Positions 26,593 through 37,957 of a stretch of 64,000 bases of DNA are shown in pieces. Where the stretch lies: the NCBI RefSeq assembly GCF_030265065.1, contig NC_080406.1, forward strand, positions 15,977,094 through 16,041,093. The letters run 5' to 3'. The stretch's first letter is position 1. Every line of letters begins with the position of its first letter. The DNA is from Corythoichthys intestinalis. Lineage: Eukaryota. Below the pieces are notes generated by a model. It had not been told where the DNA came from. It saw only the letters and a program-made list of their open reading frames with translations, and searched no databases. Made by a program: the position numbers and the translations under genes.

Positions 26593-27200
26593 CACGTTTA
26601 CATGGAGCCAAATATTCCAATTACAATCGGAATATTTGTTCAAACCGAATAAATGTGTTCCATATAAACACCTCATTCGGAATGAACAGGCCCAAACCGA
26701 ATGAAATTTCATTCCGATTCACAGGGGTGGAATATTCCTTTTCCCAAACCGATTAGAAGTAAAATTATATCATGTAAACAGGGAAGCGGAATGGTGTCTG
26801 GTTGCGTTCTTTCTGCGCATGCTCCGTACTGACGTGGTGACGTCACTTGGTGACGTAAGTAACGTCACTTGCAACATGGCTTCCAAGCACACGCACAGCG
26901 CACCCACACAACTTTTTAAATGAACGGCGTATCATTCTGAAGTTTTGTTTCCACTCGAAAAGTTAAAACAGCAGCTGATCTGACGATCGATCTCCATGTT
27001 TTGCAACGTGACGCTTTGTTTTGATTAATCTGCGCATGTCAGACGGCAGTTGTCAAACGTCCTTTCGGAATAAAGGCAGTCACATGTAAACGCTGGATCG
27101 GAATAGATGAAGTGACATGTAAACAGCTGATGTGAAATTTCCATTTGGAATGATTTGAATTGGTATGAATAAAAGTCAGCATGTAAACGTGGCTAATGTT
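26593..27200. mobile_element. MITE family H (~600 bp; TIR cacgtttacatg / catgtaaacgtg) in the ing1 intron, carrying a cluster of four TGACG(T) half-CRE motifs at 26820-26880
   Basis: The termini cacgtttacatggagcc … cagcatgtaaacgtggc form an inverted repeat, and the interior repeats the catgtaaac motif. A second copy is inserted in a Tc1 transposase at 42376-42956. Confidence 0.6.
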
Positions 27201-27599
27201 GCTTATGATGTTCAACTGCCAATAACTAAAGAACAAAAGTCAAAACAACCATTTTTTTAATGATGAAAGATGGGAAACTAATGTTTCTTTATGTAAGGTC
27301 TGTCTTTCGGTAGCCATATAACACAATATACTGTGGCGCTTGAAAGAACAGGATGTCTTGTGACATGCATGGTAGTGAATGACTGTTAAAGGGACAGATA
27401 ACACCCAGTAAAAATATGATGTTTGAACGTACTTAAGTATGCTAATGATGCATTTTTTAAAGACTTCTATAATGGAAAAAATATGTAAAAATGTAATTAA
27501 CACACACACCTGGCTTTTATTGAGGTTTTTCCCCAAGAAAAAATGAAACTCTGTGTTTTCTTCTATTGATTGTACAAGATTTTTTCCACACTAACTCAC

Positions 27600-27748
27600 C
27601 ATCTGTCCAGCAATTTGAATCTTCTCATCTCCAAGCTCCTGACTGCGAATAAGCGCCCTCTGGATTGACAGCTGTAGCTTGCGTCTTTGGGGCGAGTCTG
27701 ACTCTTTACAATAGCGGTCATAGGCATCCTCCAACTCCTTGAGGACGT
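27600..27748 (-). CDS. ing1: ing1 middle coding exon (DVLKELEDAYDRYCKESDSPQRRKLQLSIQRALIRSQELGDEKIQIAGQM)
   Basis: Acceptor ttcctatcaag and donor gtgagt. The phase is continuous with the flanking exons and the peptide aligns with human ING1 (…ALIRSQELGDEKIQIVSQM). Confidence 0.85.
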
Positions 27749-27835
27749 CTTGATAGGAAGAAAATTATCATTACGTTAGACGACTAAAACAATTTTCAAA
27801 AGTTTTTTTTGTTTGTTGTTGTTTATTTTTTTTAC

Positions 27836-27971
27836 CTTGATACCTCGCATCAATTTCCTTCATGAGGGAAACACTCCTCTGCATATCCAAAGGTAGTGAC
27901 TCCACCAAGTCCAAGTACTCTTCCACATAATTGACAACATGGTTTTGGTCGCCATTTGTAGCGTTCAACAT
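27836..27971 (-). CDS. ing1: ing1 first coding exon (MLNATNGDQNHVVNYVEEYLDLVESLPLDMQRSVSLMKEIDARYQ)
   Basis: ATG at 27971-27969 and donor CAAG|gtaaaa. The peptide matches the human ING1b N-terminus ([45 protein letters not shown]). Confidence 0.85.
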
Positions 27972-28264
27972 TGTGCCTCCACTCTTTTAGTCACAAACAC
28001 CTGCACCTGGAAAAGATGGCGAAAAAGATGTAATTTGCAAGGAAAAATATGTCGTAAGTAAAAAGTGTGTACACTATCTGGAGAACATCAGAGGTGGGTA
28101 CTAATAACGCGTTTCATTTGCTCCGTTACATTTAGTTGTGTGACTTAATGAGGAAAATGTACTTTTTAGAGTAGTTTTACCACGCAATACTTTTTACTTG
28201 AGTCGATTTGTGAGGAGGAAACACTACTCTTTTCCGCTACTTTGGGCTACACTAGAGTCGTTAC

Positions 28265-28822
28265 AAGGGCTGCAGGCTGCAGCTATCAAATATTTTAGTA
28301 GTCGATTAATCGATGGACTAGTTATTGCGACTAATCGAGTAATCGGATAAGGAACATGAAAAATTCAAATACCACAGCTGAGCCTCAAACGGTATATATT
28401 TTTTTTAATGAGGATCTATGTGCAACAAAAGAACAATTGGCTAAATTACATAGAAAAAGTCCGCTAGCTTAAATGCTATATAATGCTAAAGTTTTTTTTT
28501 TTTTTTTTTTTACAATGCTCCTAACAAATTGTTCAGATACATAACAAATGGTTCAGACACATATTCCCACAAAAACGGCTAAATATACCTACAAACTAAA
28601 TTAAGAATGCATGAAAAAACATTAGCTCAAACAAAAACTTAGCTTACGTTGGTCCTAACAGGGAGCAGTTGGATTCAGCCATGTGAAAAGAGGCAGACCA
28701 AAGGGCAGTGTACATTGTGTGCATTACAACGCCACTTTAATTAAACGAATACTCGAAGCAACAAAACTGAATTCGAATATACTCGAGTTAATCGATTAAT
28801 CGTTGCAGCACTAGTCGTTACA
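28265..28822. mobile_element. MITE family E (TIR gctgcagctatcaaatattttagtagtcgattaatcgat … atcgattaatcgttgcagc)
   Basis: Inverted termini are seen directly. Fragments of the same termini lie at 52190-52270, 61560-61610 and 62140-62160. Confidence 0.6.
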
Positions 28823-28859
28823 TTTTTCCTCTTTATTCTACATATTGACTTTATTTTTG

Positions 28860-30690
28860 CCATAGATGCCGACAGTGGCTGTCTCAATTACGCTTGCCTG
28901 GCACAGCCAGACTCTTCTCCCTGTGTTTTTCAAACACCGTGAGAAGAGTCTGCAACCCAGCTCCTTATTGGCCTCTCGAGCCAGAACGAAATCATCTGTG
29001 CAATCAGATTTGTTCATTTGCATGACGTGTTCTTAACAAGCAACGTCACTCTTGCACGTCGGAAGTCGTCCCCACAACAACACAGATGGTGAATGAGAGA
29101 GCCGAGAATGTGTTCCAATCTGCGGTAAATTCAATTTTAAATGACCAAAAACTAGGGCTGTGAAATTTATCGCGTTGCCGGGCGGTAATTATTTTTTTAA
29201 ACTTTAACAGTCATGGTTTCCCAACTTTCCATCATGCATTTGGGTGGAGCAGGAGACGATCTTTTTCTTCACTCTTAACCAATTTCTCAAAAAAATAATG
29301 TTCACAAAAAGAAAAGCGCTCAATGCAAAGAGAACTGGCAATTCCAATCAAAAATTATGCAAAATACACATAAAACTTACTCAGACTTTGCCTTGGCAAG
29401 ATCTCTAATTCAAAACTCGCCATTGACACCTTGTGGTGTATTTCAATCACTACCTTAAGTAGTTAAAGACACTGGAGGAGGAACGGCAGGCAGCCCAATG
29501 TGATGTCACCGCTCGGCGACGTCATCAATGATGAGCTATAAGTTTATTTTTTGATTGAAAATTTTACAAATTTTATTAAAACGAAAACATTAAGAGGGGT
29601 TTTAATATAGAATTACTATAACTTGTTCTCAAATTTATGTTTATGTTTATGTCAGTCTTGTGTCTTATCTTTCCATTTCAACAATAATTTACAGAAAAAT
29701 ATGGCATATTTTAGAGATGGTCTGAATTGCGATTAATTACCGTATTGGCCCGAATATAAGACGGCCCTGATTATAAGACAACCCCCTCTTTTTCAAGACT
29801 CAACTTTGAAAAATACTTTTTGAACACCAAATTAATTTTTATACAGAAAATAATTACAGTACATCTGAAACAAATGATTATAACAATATATTTGAGAGAA
29901 AAAGCATGTTATTTTGCCTCATTTATTCTTAATATCTGAACATATAAAATATGTAAACTAAAGTGCAATCACATTCGTAAATGAATAGCTTCTGCATTAA
30001 CCATCAAAGTGAAGTCTAACTGTAACTAGTCTTGAAAAAAATCTTAATAAGGAAAAACATTGCAATAAAATAATGAAACTGGCTAAACTTGAGAGTAGCT
30101 GAGCTCTGTCATGACAGAACATCACTTCAATGATATCTGGCGCCATCTAGTGCCGTGAAGGGGGACAGTAGCTGAGCTCTGTCATGACAGAACATCGCTT
30201 CAATGATATCTGCCGCCATCTCGCGTCGTGAATGGGTATAATGTCTAGACTCCGAGTATAAGACGACCTCCTCTTTTTCAATCTTATTTCAATGCAAAAA
30301 ACACTGTCTTATATTCAGGCCAATACGGTACGATTAATTAATTTTTAAGCTATGATTAACGCGATAAAAAATTTTAATCGTTTGACAGCCCTACCAAAAA
30401 CACATCGAGTCGCTAAAACCGACAGTCTATCTCGCGCTAGCAATTTTGGATAAACTTCTCCGTTCTCCACGCTTCTCGTATGTTTATTCCCTCACGCTAG
30501 AGTTTCTTGTCGCTTTATCAACGGCACGTCACCCGTTGCTGATTGCTCCACTCCGCTGTCTGTTTGTTTTGGCTTGCTCCGCCCTAGAAATTTGATCCGT
30601 GGAACGGTCGCCAGACTATAGCTGGAACAGCAGTGAGTCTGGAGTTCCAGGCAACAGTTTCACACCAATTAAACGTCGCAACAATAAACA
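28860..30690. repeat. Repeat family F, copy 1 (28860-29152 plus 30396-30690), interrupted by a 1.24-kb TIR element (29153-30395) that itself contains MITE family A copy 3 (29737-30331)
   Basis: The uninterrupted copy at 34560-35095 reads straight across the breakpoint. The inserted element has termini tagggctgtgaaatttatcgcg … cgtttgacagccctac. Confidence 0.75.
29737..30331. mobile_element. MITE family A, copy 3 (nested, with an internal ~70-bp duplication)
   Basis: Same TIRs as copies 1 and 2. The segment gtagctgagctctgtcatgacagaacatc…gatatctg is duplicated in tandem at 30100-30230. Confidence 0.7.
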
Positions 30691-30855
30691 CTTGACTCCA
30701 TTATACCATTCAGAGGTAAACAATGTTTTTTCTCCACTAGAGAGCACTCATGCTCTATGGACCGGTAATAGGTCATAGTGTTGTTCTGGTCTGAATTCGA
30801 TGATTTTGTGTCATCTTTTTATCTGAATATGGTCATGTGATAGGTTATAGTAGAG

Positions 30856-32373
30856 CAGGGGTGCCCAACCGCCGGGCCGCACAGAAATAATAATTTATTA
30901 ACGACTGCATTCTGGCCGAATTAACTTTGGCCTCTGCCCATTAACACACCAATATCCCTGTCTACTATAGATATAATGCTACAGGATACAATGTCGTCAT
31001 AGAAATCAATTGATTGGACTGCTAGCAGTACATCTTGTTTTGTATATCTATGTGCGCTAGTCCTCGATAATAACGTATGACGTTGGGTGGGCGCATCACA
31101 TTTGTTCCCGGAAATAATTAGCCCCAGCACTAGAATGACTGAAAAAAGACGTCTTTGGACAGTTTTTTTTTACGGGGAAAAGAGCATCTGACGAGCCAGA
31201 AGATGAGCCTACAACCTCGAAGAAAACAAAATCTACGCTACTTCCCAATCACTAAAGACCCAGGAACTGCGAAGGAGTGGATTCGTGACCCGTTTGTGAA
31301 TAAACCGAGTGATTCGAGCATGTCTGTGCAACAGCAGGATCAGCTTGTAGAGATCGCAAATGACGGCGACCTTAAACGTACTGTACATTTCTGACAACAA
31401 CTCTACCGAGGTTCTGGATTAAAGTCATTCCGGAATATCCTGACATCGCTACGAGAGCACTGAAAACCGTGCTACAATTTCCAACATCGTATCTTTGTGA
31501 AGCAGGCTTCTCTCACTCTCCCATCACACCTAGATGGGACCATCTCGTCTCAACGAAACAAGCTCAGGCCTCCAACTGATTCAGCAGGTGAGTTATATTT
31601 TCCCTGCATTTAACACGACAAGGCTAAAAACAAATGTTATTTTATATTTGCTGTATTTTTCTGCCACACATTGCCAGTGTTCTGACAAATTTTGCATGCG
31701 CGTAACGTTAAAATGGCCGCGAACGCAGCGATTCCAAAGTAAACACTACAAACTTTCTTTAAAGAAAGGAATATTAACTTACGTTTGATCATGGACAGAC
31801 ATGTAGAAAAGAGTCCAACTGAATATAAAAGAGGGCTTTTTCACTGCCACAATATCTTTGGGAGCAAAATTTTATAAGGGTACTAAATTTAACAGAACAC
31901 CGGTCCGTTAAAAAATGACTCAAATCACACCGGTGTTTGACCATTCCTTACTACGCGGCGAAATGTCTACACAATGCTCAGCGTGCATGCGCACATCGGT
32001 TAGAAGCGGCGAGTACTCACTATTTTTGTTTTTATTTAGTTATTTAGAACATTATCACTGCCTCAAAGATACGTTTTGCATGTATTACCTTCTCATACTT
32101 TTAACCATTGTTTTTTTTTGTGTTAGCTATGAAGCAGTTGACCACATTAGTCATATAGTGTATTTAAACCATCCTTATTTGATATAACTACATTTAAGTA
32201 TTTTCTGCAGGCATTTTTTTAGTACGTTATTCCTGTATGCATCTAAACAAAACAAGTTTAGAGTGCACGCTAGTACTTTGGGTGTCAAATTCGACTAATG
32301 TATGACGTTTTGCCAATGTAGGAGATTTTGGCAGAACACCAGTCCATGGTGCAAAAAAAGTTGGGGACCCCTG
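30856..32373. mobile_element. Non-autonomous hAT-N element (1518 bp) with 14-bp TIRs caggggtgcccaac / gttggggacccctg and a perfect 8-bp target-site duplication TAGTAGAG
   Basis: TIRs lie at 30856-30869 and 32360-32373, and TAGTAGAG flanks both ends (30848-30855 and 32374-32381). The interior retains a hAT dimerization-domain remnant (…FPTSYLCEAGFS…). An 8-bp TSD is diagnostic for hAT. Confidence 0.85.
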
Positions 32374-34559
32374 TAGTAGAGTACAATAAAAACAGTTCAT
32401 TTAGATGAAGTTTTGCTGAGAAAAAAAATCACTATTTTTAAAATAACAGAAATTGTAAGCAGTTACTCACAATGTTACTCATTATTTGAGTATTGTTTTA
32501 ACGAAATACTTTTTAACTTGTACTTGAGTACATTTTTTGGATGACTACTTATTTTGGAGTAACACGACTCTTGAGTAAAAATTTTTTAAAAATAAATTTG
32601 AAAAGTAACACCATGTTTAAAAACACAGTTTTTTTTTAATCGGTTAACTTTAAGCATTGCAAAACAAAAAAAATAAACAAGTGGCGTGAAAGTCATAGCT
32701 AATTTTCTGCATTTATGGGGGTTTAAAAATAAAACCTGCTTTTCTACTGCTGTTACAGTTAAAAACTGGTGAAAAAAACGGTTTTATGGTTCTCTACAAC
32801 GACTGTCAATGCTTTGAAAACGGCAGGGAGTAAAGGAGTTAATGCAGTGTTGCTGATATAGCCCTCCGCATTGCCACTGTATATTTTTTCTTATACTGTA
32901 CAACATAAAAGGTTGTGAACTGCTGTAATAAAATTTTAATGCTAACTTCTACACGTCAAAGCGCCAAAAGGGGCGGGGCCAAGTGCCGAGTTTATTTACT
33001 GTACTCGTACATGCAATACAGTACACGATGACAAAATAATGCCGCTTTTGCCAATTCACACTCAAGACGGTTGCAAAGACAACCAAGTGCGTTGTAGGTG
33101 CTACTACTTTGAATGCTTCCTCAAAGTTACTTTTTTTTACCCTCGGAAGTATTTCACGAAATAGAGGCTAACGTGATGGTAGTCGGCTAGCATGTTTGCC
33201 CCTTTCCCGGCATTTCACGAGTTACGTTTACAGTACAATATACAGTACGTATAAGAGCAATATTTGGTGTCTGGAACTTAACGTCGGTTCAAATAAAATG
33301 TTCATTGTTGCGTATTACAACGTCGACAGACGCCTGGGTATGTAATTAATAGCTTATTAACTCAACGCTTTTTATGAGTCCTCGTAAACGCCTTTAAATG
33401 TTTATTTTACGAGCCAAAGTTCTCCCTAGCAACTTGTTCAATCCTCAAGAGTCGTTAACGTGTCCACTTTAACATTTTAAACTAAACTAGCCTTTGCTTA
33501 CCCAAACTCGTAGCGTGTATCACTGTCAAAATTAACAAGCTTTTAATTTCTATCCAACCGATACGCCAATTAAATGCATGCCTACCTGTGCGTGTACATA
33601 TATTTTTACTTTTCCAGTCAGTTATTTGCTCTTGGGAGTCGAATCATGTAATAGTCTTGATGTGAACAACATGAGTCGTGCTGTGAGTCGGCAACATGAG
33701 CAGCTAATGCTAAGCGTTAGCTCACTATTGCGCATGTGCGTGACGCCACGAGCCACTGTCCATACAAGTCTTTTCCGCACAGCTAATTCATTGTTTACTC
33801 ATACAATATGAATTAAAGGTTCAGATTAGCCAAATATTACAACACTTGGAGCAAAAATGTGGACCCGGGGTCATATATTTAACTAGGATGACCAAACGTC
33901 CTCTTTTGCCCGGACAAGTCCTACTTTCACGTAGTATCCTCGTCGTCCGGGCGGGTTTTATAAATTCATAAAAATGTCCGGTTTTTATGATTTTTCACGG
34001 GACCAATTTGAAGAGAACCCCTCCGGCCGCTGGCTGGCAGAAGTTGACATGGCTCCTACTAGAAGGGAGGGAAGGAGTAGTTCTTCTTGTTTTTGTTGGC
34101 AGTTTACCCCTATCATGAGGCATTACCGCCATCTACTGGGTTGACGATTTGGCCACAACGCCTGCCCAGTTGTTAAGTTTTTTAAGATAAATATGTATAT
34201 AATGGCAACTGTTGACTTATGTCAGAGCTTTGACTGTAAAATCCCGTTTGGTGTGTTCGTTGCGCTCCCGATGATTGTAAACTTTTATCGCAAAGTTTGA
34301 TTTTTTCCTTAGCTAGCTATCAGTAAGCTAAACCATACTAGGTATTATGGGAAACGTAGTTTTGAACTGCTACGTTTGGAAACATGCTGGTTGAATAGTT
34401 TGTCAGTTTGTTTTGGTTATTGTTTGTGTGCAATCTAGAACATTGAATGAGAATATCAATTGAATGGGAATAACAATTCGTCAAGGACAATTGTTGTGAT
34501 AGAAATTTATAAAAATGTTTAGTGGGCACATAGCCTACTGTGTGTATGTGTATTGACTG

Positions 34560-35095
34560 GACTACATTTCCATTGCCTGGCACAGCCAGACTGTTCTCCC
34601 TGTATTTTTCAAACACTGAGAGAAAAGTCTGGGACCCAGCCCATTAACGGCCTCTCGAGCAGGTACAAAATCAATGGACAAATCAGATTAGTTTATTTGC
34701 GTGACGTGTTCTTAACGAGCAACGTCACTCTTGCGCGTCGGAAGTCGTCTCCACAACAACACGGATGGTGAACTGGAGAGCCGAGAATATGTTCCAATCC
34801 ACGGTAAAATCAGTTTTAAATTACCAAAAACACATCGACACGAGTCATTGACAACAATCTATCTCGCGCTAGCCATGTTGAATAAACTCCGCTCTCCTCA
34901 TGTTTCCTTTCGTGCGCAAGTCCCTCGTCCTGCCCTCGTCGTTTTACTAACGTCACATCTGCCCGTCGCTGATTGGTCCACTCCGCTGTCTGTTTGCTGT
35001 GGCTTGCTCTGCCCTGGAAATTGTATCCGCTGAATGGTGGCCAGACTCAATAGCCGGAACAGCGGTGAGTCTGGTGTACCAGGCAAACATTTCCA
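34560..35095. repeat. Repeat family F, copy 2 (intact)
   Basis: Collinear with 28860-29152 plus 30396-30690 at ~85% identity. Confidence 0.7.
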
Positions 35096-36055
35096 TGGGT
35101 CTGCATTCTATATATATATATAGATTTTTTTTTTTCCCCCAAACTGCAGTTTTCCATCCAGAGTGAGGGGGCACACTTTAAATAAATTAAAGTGATATAG
35201 GCATCTTTGAGTGAACTTCGAGTAAAATTCAAGTATCTTGAGGCCGGGCTGAGCGTCCTCTTTTTTGGAAATCAAAATATGGTCACCCTATATTTAACCC
35301 ACTTTTGCGTGCGAATGGTGCACTGCTGCCATCTGCTGGCGAAGACGGGGTGCGTTCTTTCCTTGTAAACCCAGTACAGTAGTACTGTACTAGAAAATGC
35401 TATTTCTAGAGAACTTGTTTGGGAGTATATTCAAGATGGTCGGGAAAGCACGCAGAATTGTGTAAATGATATCTGAATGAAGTGGGAATATGAAATTATG
35501 TTCACTGAAGTGGAATATTTTAAGTTGAATAATGGTGCATAACGTTGGTTTGAAATTACATGAGTGAAGTTCCAAGTGGAATAACTGTATGAGTTTTAGT
35601 GTAACGTCAAATGAAGTGATTAAAGGTCACGTCCTGTTGATTTGGTGCACTTTTTGGTCACTGCCTTTTTTAAATTTGGGCACTTTCAGCTCAGTTTAAA
35701 ATCAATCAGCGCAAATGTGAATCATATTTTAATGGGTACTAGTTTAGGCAGATTGAGACAAAAAACTAACATGTAATGGTTTTAAGAAAAGTAACACTTC
35801 AAGTTGTATTTTTATTTTTTCATTAAAAAAAACAAACATCAATAACAGCTACATTGTTTTTTTCTGTGGTCTGGGAAGACTTGGAAAACCCTCAAAGTAC
35901 TTGGGGGACGCTTACTTTTCCATACACAAAAAAGGTATTGTCAGCCTCCACCAAGACCCGCCCACTCATTAAAACACTTGTCCGTAAGTAACATCTGGAC
36001 GTACCGAAAGAAAAATCAACCACGAGGAATTTTCTTGTACGCGTAATGTCGATTT

Positions 36056-36206
36056 TCATCTTTCAAATAGATTCTTGAAGACGGGTCCGATTTCTTGGAT
36101 CATATCCGACGTGGTGGTGGACCGGCCGTGTCGCTGGAACGCTTGTCTGTTGCACTGTCTGGTGAGCGACGAGGCCCCCATCGCCGCCACCACTGACGGG
36201 TTCACA
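36056..36206 (-). CDS. naxd: naxd exon 9 (last): …[49 protein letters not shown]
   Basis: Acceptor …ctcaccgcag and stop TGA at 36056-36058. The peptide matches the human NAXD C-terminus ([37 protein letters not shown]). Confidence 0.85.
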
Positions 36207-36282
36207 CTGCGGTGAGACATAATAATGGACTTGAGCCACATCCATATTTAATGTGTCCTATCAGGTTTTATGGCGCACCCAC

Positions 36283-36406
36283 CCTGTTATTAGTCCTGCT
36301 TGAGAGGCAGCATGGGCCCAGTGTGCCAATACCCCAGCAGATCCCGAAAGAAGATCACCTTGTCCTCCGCATCGCCTCGCGCTTCCCTCTGTACTGCACG
36401 CCACCA
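36283..36406 (-). CDS. naxd: naxd exon 8 ([41 protein letters not shown])
   Basis: Acceptor tttttttgcag and donor gtgggt. The conserved [12 protein letters not shown] motif is present and the phase is consistent. Confidence 0.85.
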
Positions 36407-36471
36407 CTGCAAAAAAACAAAAAAAAGTTGACGTCATTAACTCAATCACTTACATATAAATCAATACAAAC

Positions 36472-36769
36472 CTGTGCTGCCATCTGCAATTAGATCTTTC
36501 TCTCCTTTAAGTAACACGGTGATGTTTCCCATGGTTTCGCTCAGCTGTAGGACGCTACTACGGTGATCGCTGCCGTCGACCGCCTTGTGTTGCTGAGAGA
36601 ACAATACTTGGACGGGATTCGCATTTTCAACAGATTTGGAATCGGCATTTGGCGAGACACCCACCAGCGTCTCGTACAGCCGCGTAAACTCCATGAAGTT
36701 GGGTGTAATAATGCCCTTTTGGTAGCCCTGAATAACAGACGGCTGCTTTGTCACCAGCCATAATCCATC
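36472..36769 (-). CDS. naxd: naxd exon 7 (DGLWLVTKQPSVIQGYQKGIITPNFMEFTRLYE… …LLKGEKDLIADGST)
   Basis: Acceptor ttccgcttcaag and donor gtttgt. It aligns with human [33 protein letters not shown]… and carries about 20 extra residues in the middle. Confidence 0.8.
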
Positions 36770-36973
36770 CTTGAAGCGGAAAAAGAACAGCAAAGTGGGT
36801 AACACCATCAAAAAAACAAACAAAAATCTAAATACTGAATTAGCATGAATTACTGTAATAATGATGACATTTGAACTGTGTTTCTTTTTTTTACCACAAG
36901 CAAATAAATACCATAGATATCATTACTATGAAGTCTATGTAAATACATTGTGGAGGTGACTAAATAAACTCAC

Positions 36974-37024
36974 CGCATCGATGACAATTGGAATATCTCT
37001 AGCTTTGGACTTCTCTATTACCTC
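36974..37024 (-). CDS. naxd: naxd exon 6 (EVIEKSKARDIPIVIDA)
   Basis: Acceptor ctctttgtag and donor gtgagt. It aligns with human …EVSKARDIPVVIDA. Confidence 0.8.
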
Positions 37025-37180
37025 CTACAAAGAGAATAAAACACATCAACTTATTCACTGCCAATGACGGTGATAAGCATTCGATTGCTGCAAGTCTTTC
37101 TCACTCAAAATTGGATGAGACGCCTAATATTGTCGTAAGACAAACAACCCACAAATGTAGCATTTTTATACAATACTTGC

Positions 37181-37289
37181 CTTTGCTGTTTTTAATAAGA
37201 ACTCCTCTCTTCCTAGACCGGGCCCCACCACAAGGCTGTGTAGTCTCGGCAGCCATTTTTCAATCTCCTCCACAGCGTTTGGGCTGTCC
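37181..37289 (-). CDS. naxd: naxd exon 5 ([36 protein letters not shown]) with a GC donor (AAG|gcaagt)
   Basis: Acceptor acctttaatag lies directly 3' of a (GT)n/(GTGC)n tract on the coding strand. Only a GC-AG intron gives an in-frame join to exon 6; every GT alternative runs into a stop. Confidence 0.7.
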
Positions 37290-37299
37290 CTATTAAAGG

Positions 37300-37300
37300 T

Positions 37301-37382
<82 letters not shown>
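37300..37382. repeat. Compound microsatellite (GCAC)8(AC)24 abutting the 3' splice site of naxd intron 4
   Basis: Seen directly in the sequence. Confidence 0.95.
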
Positions 37383-37385
<3 letters not shown>

Positions 37386-37957
37386 TGACATGCATACACA
37401 GTTAATTACTTTAACCATGCATTACTAATATTTTATATGGAAGTACATTTAAAAGTTTGCTAAAGACGTCTTTAAAACTCAACTCATTCTTGGTTTATGT
37501 GTATGACCCATCAGTTAATCTCAAATTATTATTCACAATTAAAATGTATTATTTCAAGTTAAAATACATATTTTGATTGGTTTCTATGTTAAAACTATGT
37601 CATTTACTACTTTAAAAATCATCAAATTGTGTGTATGACAATGCGATTAATCGCAGTTAATCTTACGTGATTGAGACCAAAAATGCTTAATCATTGCCCA
37701 GCCCTACATTAAACATGAAATATCACTTTTCAAGCAATTGCACTTTTAGGCTAGGTTCATACCACAGGTCTTAATGCCTAAATCTGATTTTTTTTCGTGT
37801 TTTTCCGACTCGAGTCAGGCATTAACTTGACGGTCTGACTGCTATTTTCAATCGAGCCAGTAAATGTAGTACGCATGAGCACTAACTTGCAGTCCAACAT
37901 GTGCTAAGAAAACTGACCGGCATGTGCAGAAGCATCAAAACAAATGACTACACATGC

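Noticed and set aside
33840-35300. Similar segments at 33843-33900 and 35255-35300 (…gtcatatatttaac… and …caccctatatttaac…), considered as possible TIRs of a 1.4-kb element that would enclose repeat F copy 2
   Set aside because: The two segments lie in the same orientation, so they are direct rather than inverted, and they share only ~20 bp. This is not enough to call an element.
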